Origin: Malacoraja senta
Lineage: Eukaryota
Length of the DNA: 64,000 bases
Direction of reading: 5' to 3'
Assembly: GCA_038087875.1 (NCBI GenBank)
Contig: JAXLNO010000106.1
Coordinates: 1-64,000 of the forward strand
The notes beneath the pieces are model-generated. The model searched no databases. It had not been told where the DNA came from and saw nothing but the letters and a program-made list of their open reading frames with translations. This document shows, piece after piece, positions 62,589 to 64,000 of this stretch. Each line of letters begins with the position of its first letter. Position 1 is the stretch's first letter. The position numbers and the translations under genes were made by a program.

Positions 62589-62849
62589 CTGAAATATATA
62601 ACAGTACACACAACAAGTAAATTCACAAGTTGCCCCACACCTGCTCAACATTTTAACTGCACATGTCCATTAGCACTTTCTGGAACAGCATTGTTAAATA
62701 GTATCTGACACAAAGCAATGAGTTAATAAAAGTGTGGTGGACAATTTTATCCCTGATAAATCAGTTATTAATCAAACAATGTGATTTTTAAAAACCATAA
62801 TAAACATTAGATGGACAATAAACTTCACTTAGCCACTTCCAACTTTGCA

Positions 62850-64000
62850 CATAGAAACATAGAAACATAGAAAATAGGTGCAGGAGTAGGCCATTCGGCC
62901 CTTCGAGTATGATCATTCAATATGATCATGGCTGATCATCCAACTCGGTATCCTGTACCTGCCTACTCTCCATACCCCCTGATCCCTTTAGCCACAAGGG
63001 CCACATCTCCCTCTTAAATATAGCCAATGAACTGGCCTCAACTACATTCTGTGGCAGAGAATTCCAGAGATTCACCACTCTCTGTGTAAAAAATGTTTTT
63101 CTCATCTCAGTCCTAAAAGATTTCCCCTTTATCCTTAAACTGTGACCCCTTGTTCTGGACTTCCCCAACATCGGGAACAATCTTCCTGCATCTAGCGTGT
63201 CCAACCCCTTAAGAATTTTGTAAGTTTCTATAAGATCCCCCTCAATCTTCTAAATTCTAGCGAGTACAAGCCGCGTCTATCCAGTCTTTCTTCATATGAA
63301 AGTCCTGACATCCCAGGAATCAATCTGGTGAACCTTCTCTGTACTCCCTCTATGGCAAGAATGTCCTTCCTCAGATTAGTAGACCAAAACTGTACGCAAT
63401 ACTCCATGTGTGGTCTCACCAGGACCCTGTACAACTGCAGTAGAACCTCCCTGCTCCTATACTCAAATCCTTTTGCTATGAATGCTAACATACCATTCGC
63501 TTTCTTCACTGCCTGCTGCACCTGCATGCCTACTTTCAATGACTGGTGTACCATGACACCCAGGTCTCGTTGCATCTCCCCTTTTCCTAATCGGCCACCA
63601 TTCAGGTAATAGTCTACTTTCCTGTTTTTGCCACCAAAGTGGATAACCTCACATTTATCCACATTATACTGCATCTGCCATGCATTTGCCCACTCACCCA
63701 GCCTATCCAAGTCATCTTGCAGCCTCCTAGCACCCTCCTCACAGCTAACACTGCCCCCCAGCTTCGTGTCATCCACAAACTTGGAGATGTTGCATTCAAT
63801 TCCCTCATCCAAATCAATATATATTGTAAATAGCTGGGGTCCCAGCACTGAGCCTTGCGGTACCCCACTAGTCACTGCCTGCCATTCTGAAAAGGACCCG
63901 TTTATCCTACTCTTTGCTTCCTGTCTGCCAGCCAGTTCTCTATCCATATGAACCCCCAATACCGTGTGCTTTAAGTTTGTATATTAATCTCTTATGTGAG
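62850..64000 (-). mobile_element. CR1 LINE RT and 3' end
   Basis: SGVPQGSVLGP, FVDD, LYRVLVRPHMEYCVQFW; (atagaaac)n tail at 62850-62875. Confidence 0.93.

Overview
Repeat-dense eukaryotic DNA. The mix of CR1, Penelope, Rex1, L2 and V-SINE-like repeats suggests a cartilaginous fish such as a skate or ray; this is an inference. The main result is a spliced gene on the + strand (4120-33195) that the ORF track shows only in fragments. It has a Cys-less CD2/CEACAM-type IgV exon carrying a 1-bp frameshift, two tandemly duplicated C2-type Ig exons, five phase-1 exons each encoding one hydrophobic helix, and two short tail exons. This is a CD47-like five-pass membrane domain under a CD2/SLAM/CEACAM-like ectodomain. 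The last three exons of a diverged paralog lie tail-to-tail on the - strand (62588-56627) and keep the loop Cys before TM5. Other notable elements: a 910-bp TIR element with an AT target-site duplication (TSD) carrying a decayed ZFP36-family fragment; many Penelope copies with hammerhead-ribozyme-like cores, two with long TSDs; a TRIM-like mini-Gypsy with a tRNA-Trp PBS; an RNase H-bearing I/Nimb-like LINE in a CpG island; and L1, L2, CR1 and hAT-type elements. All exon calls and alignments were made by eye, and no database searches were run.
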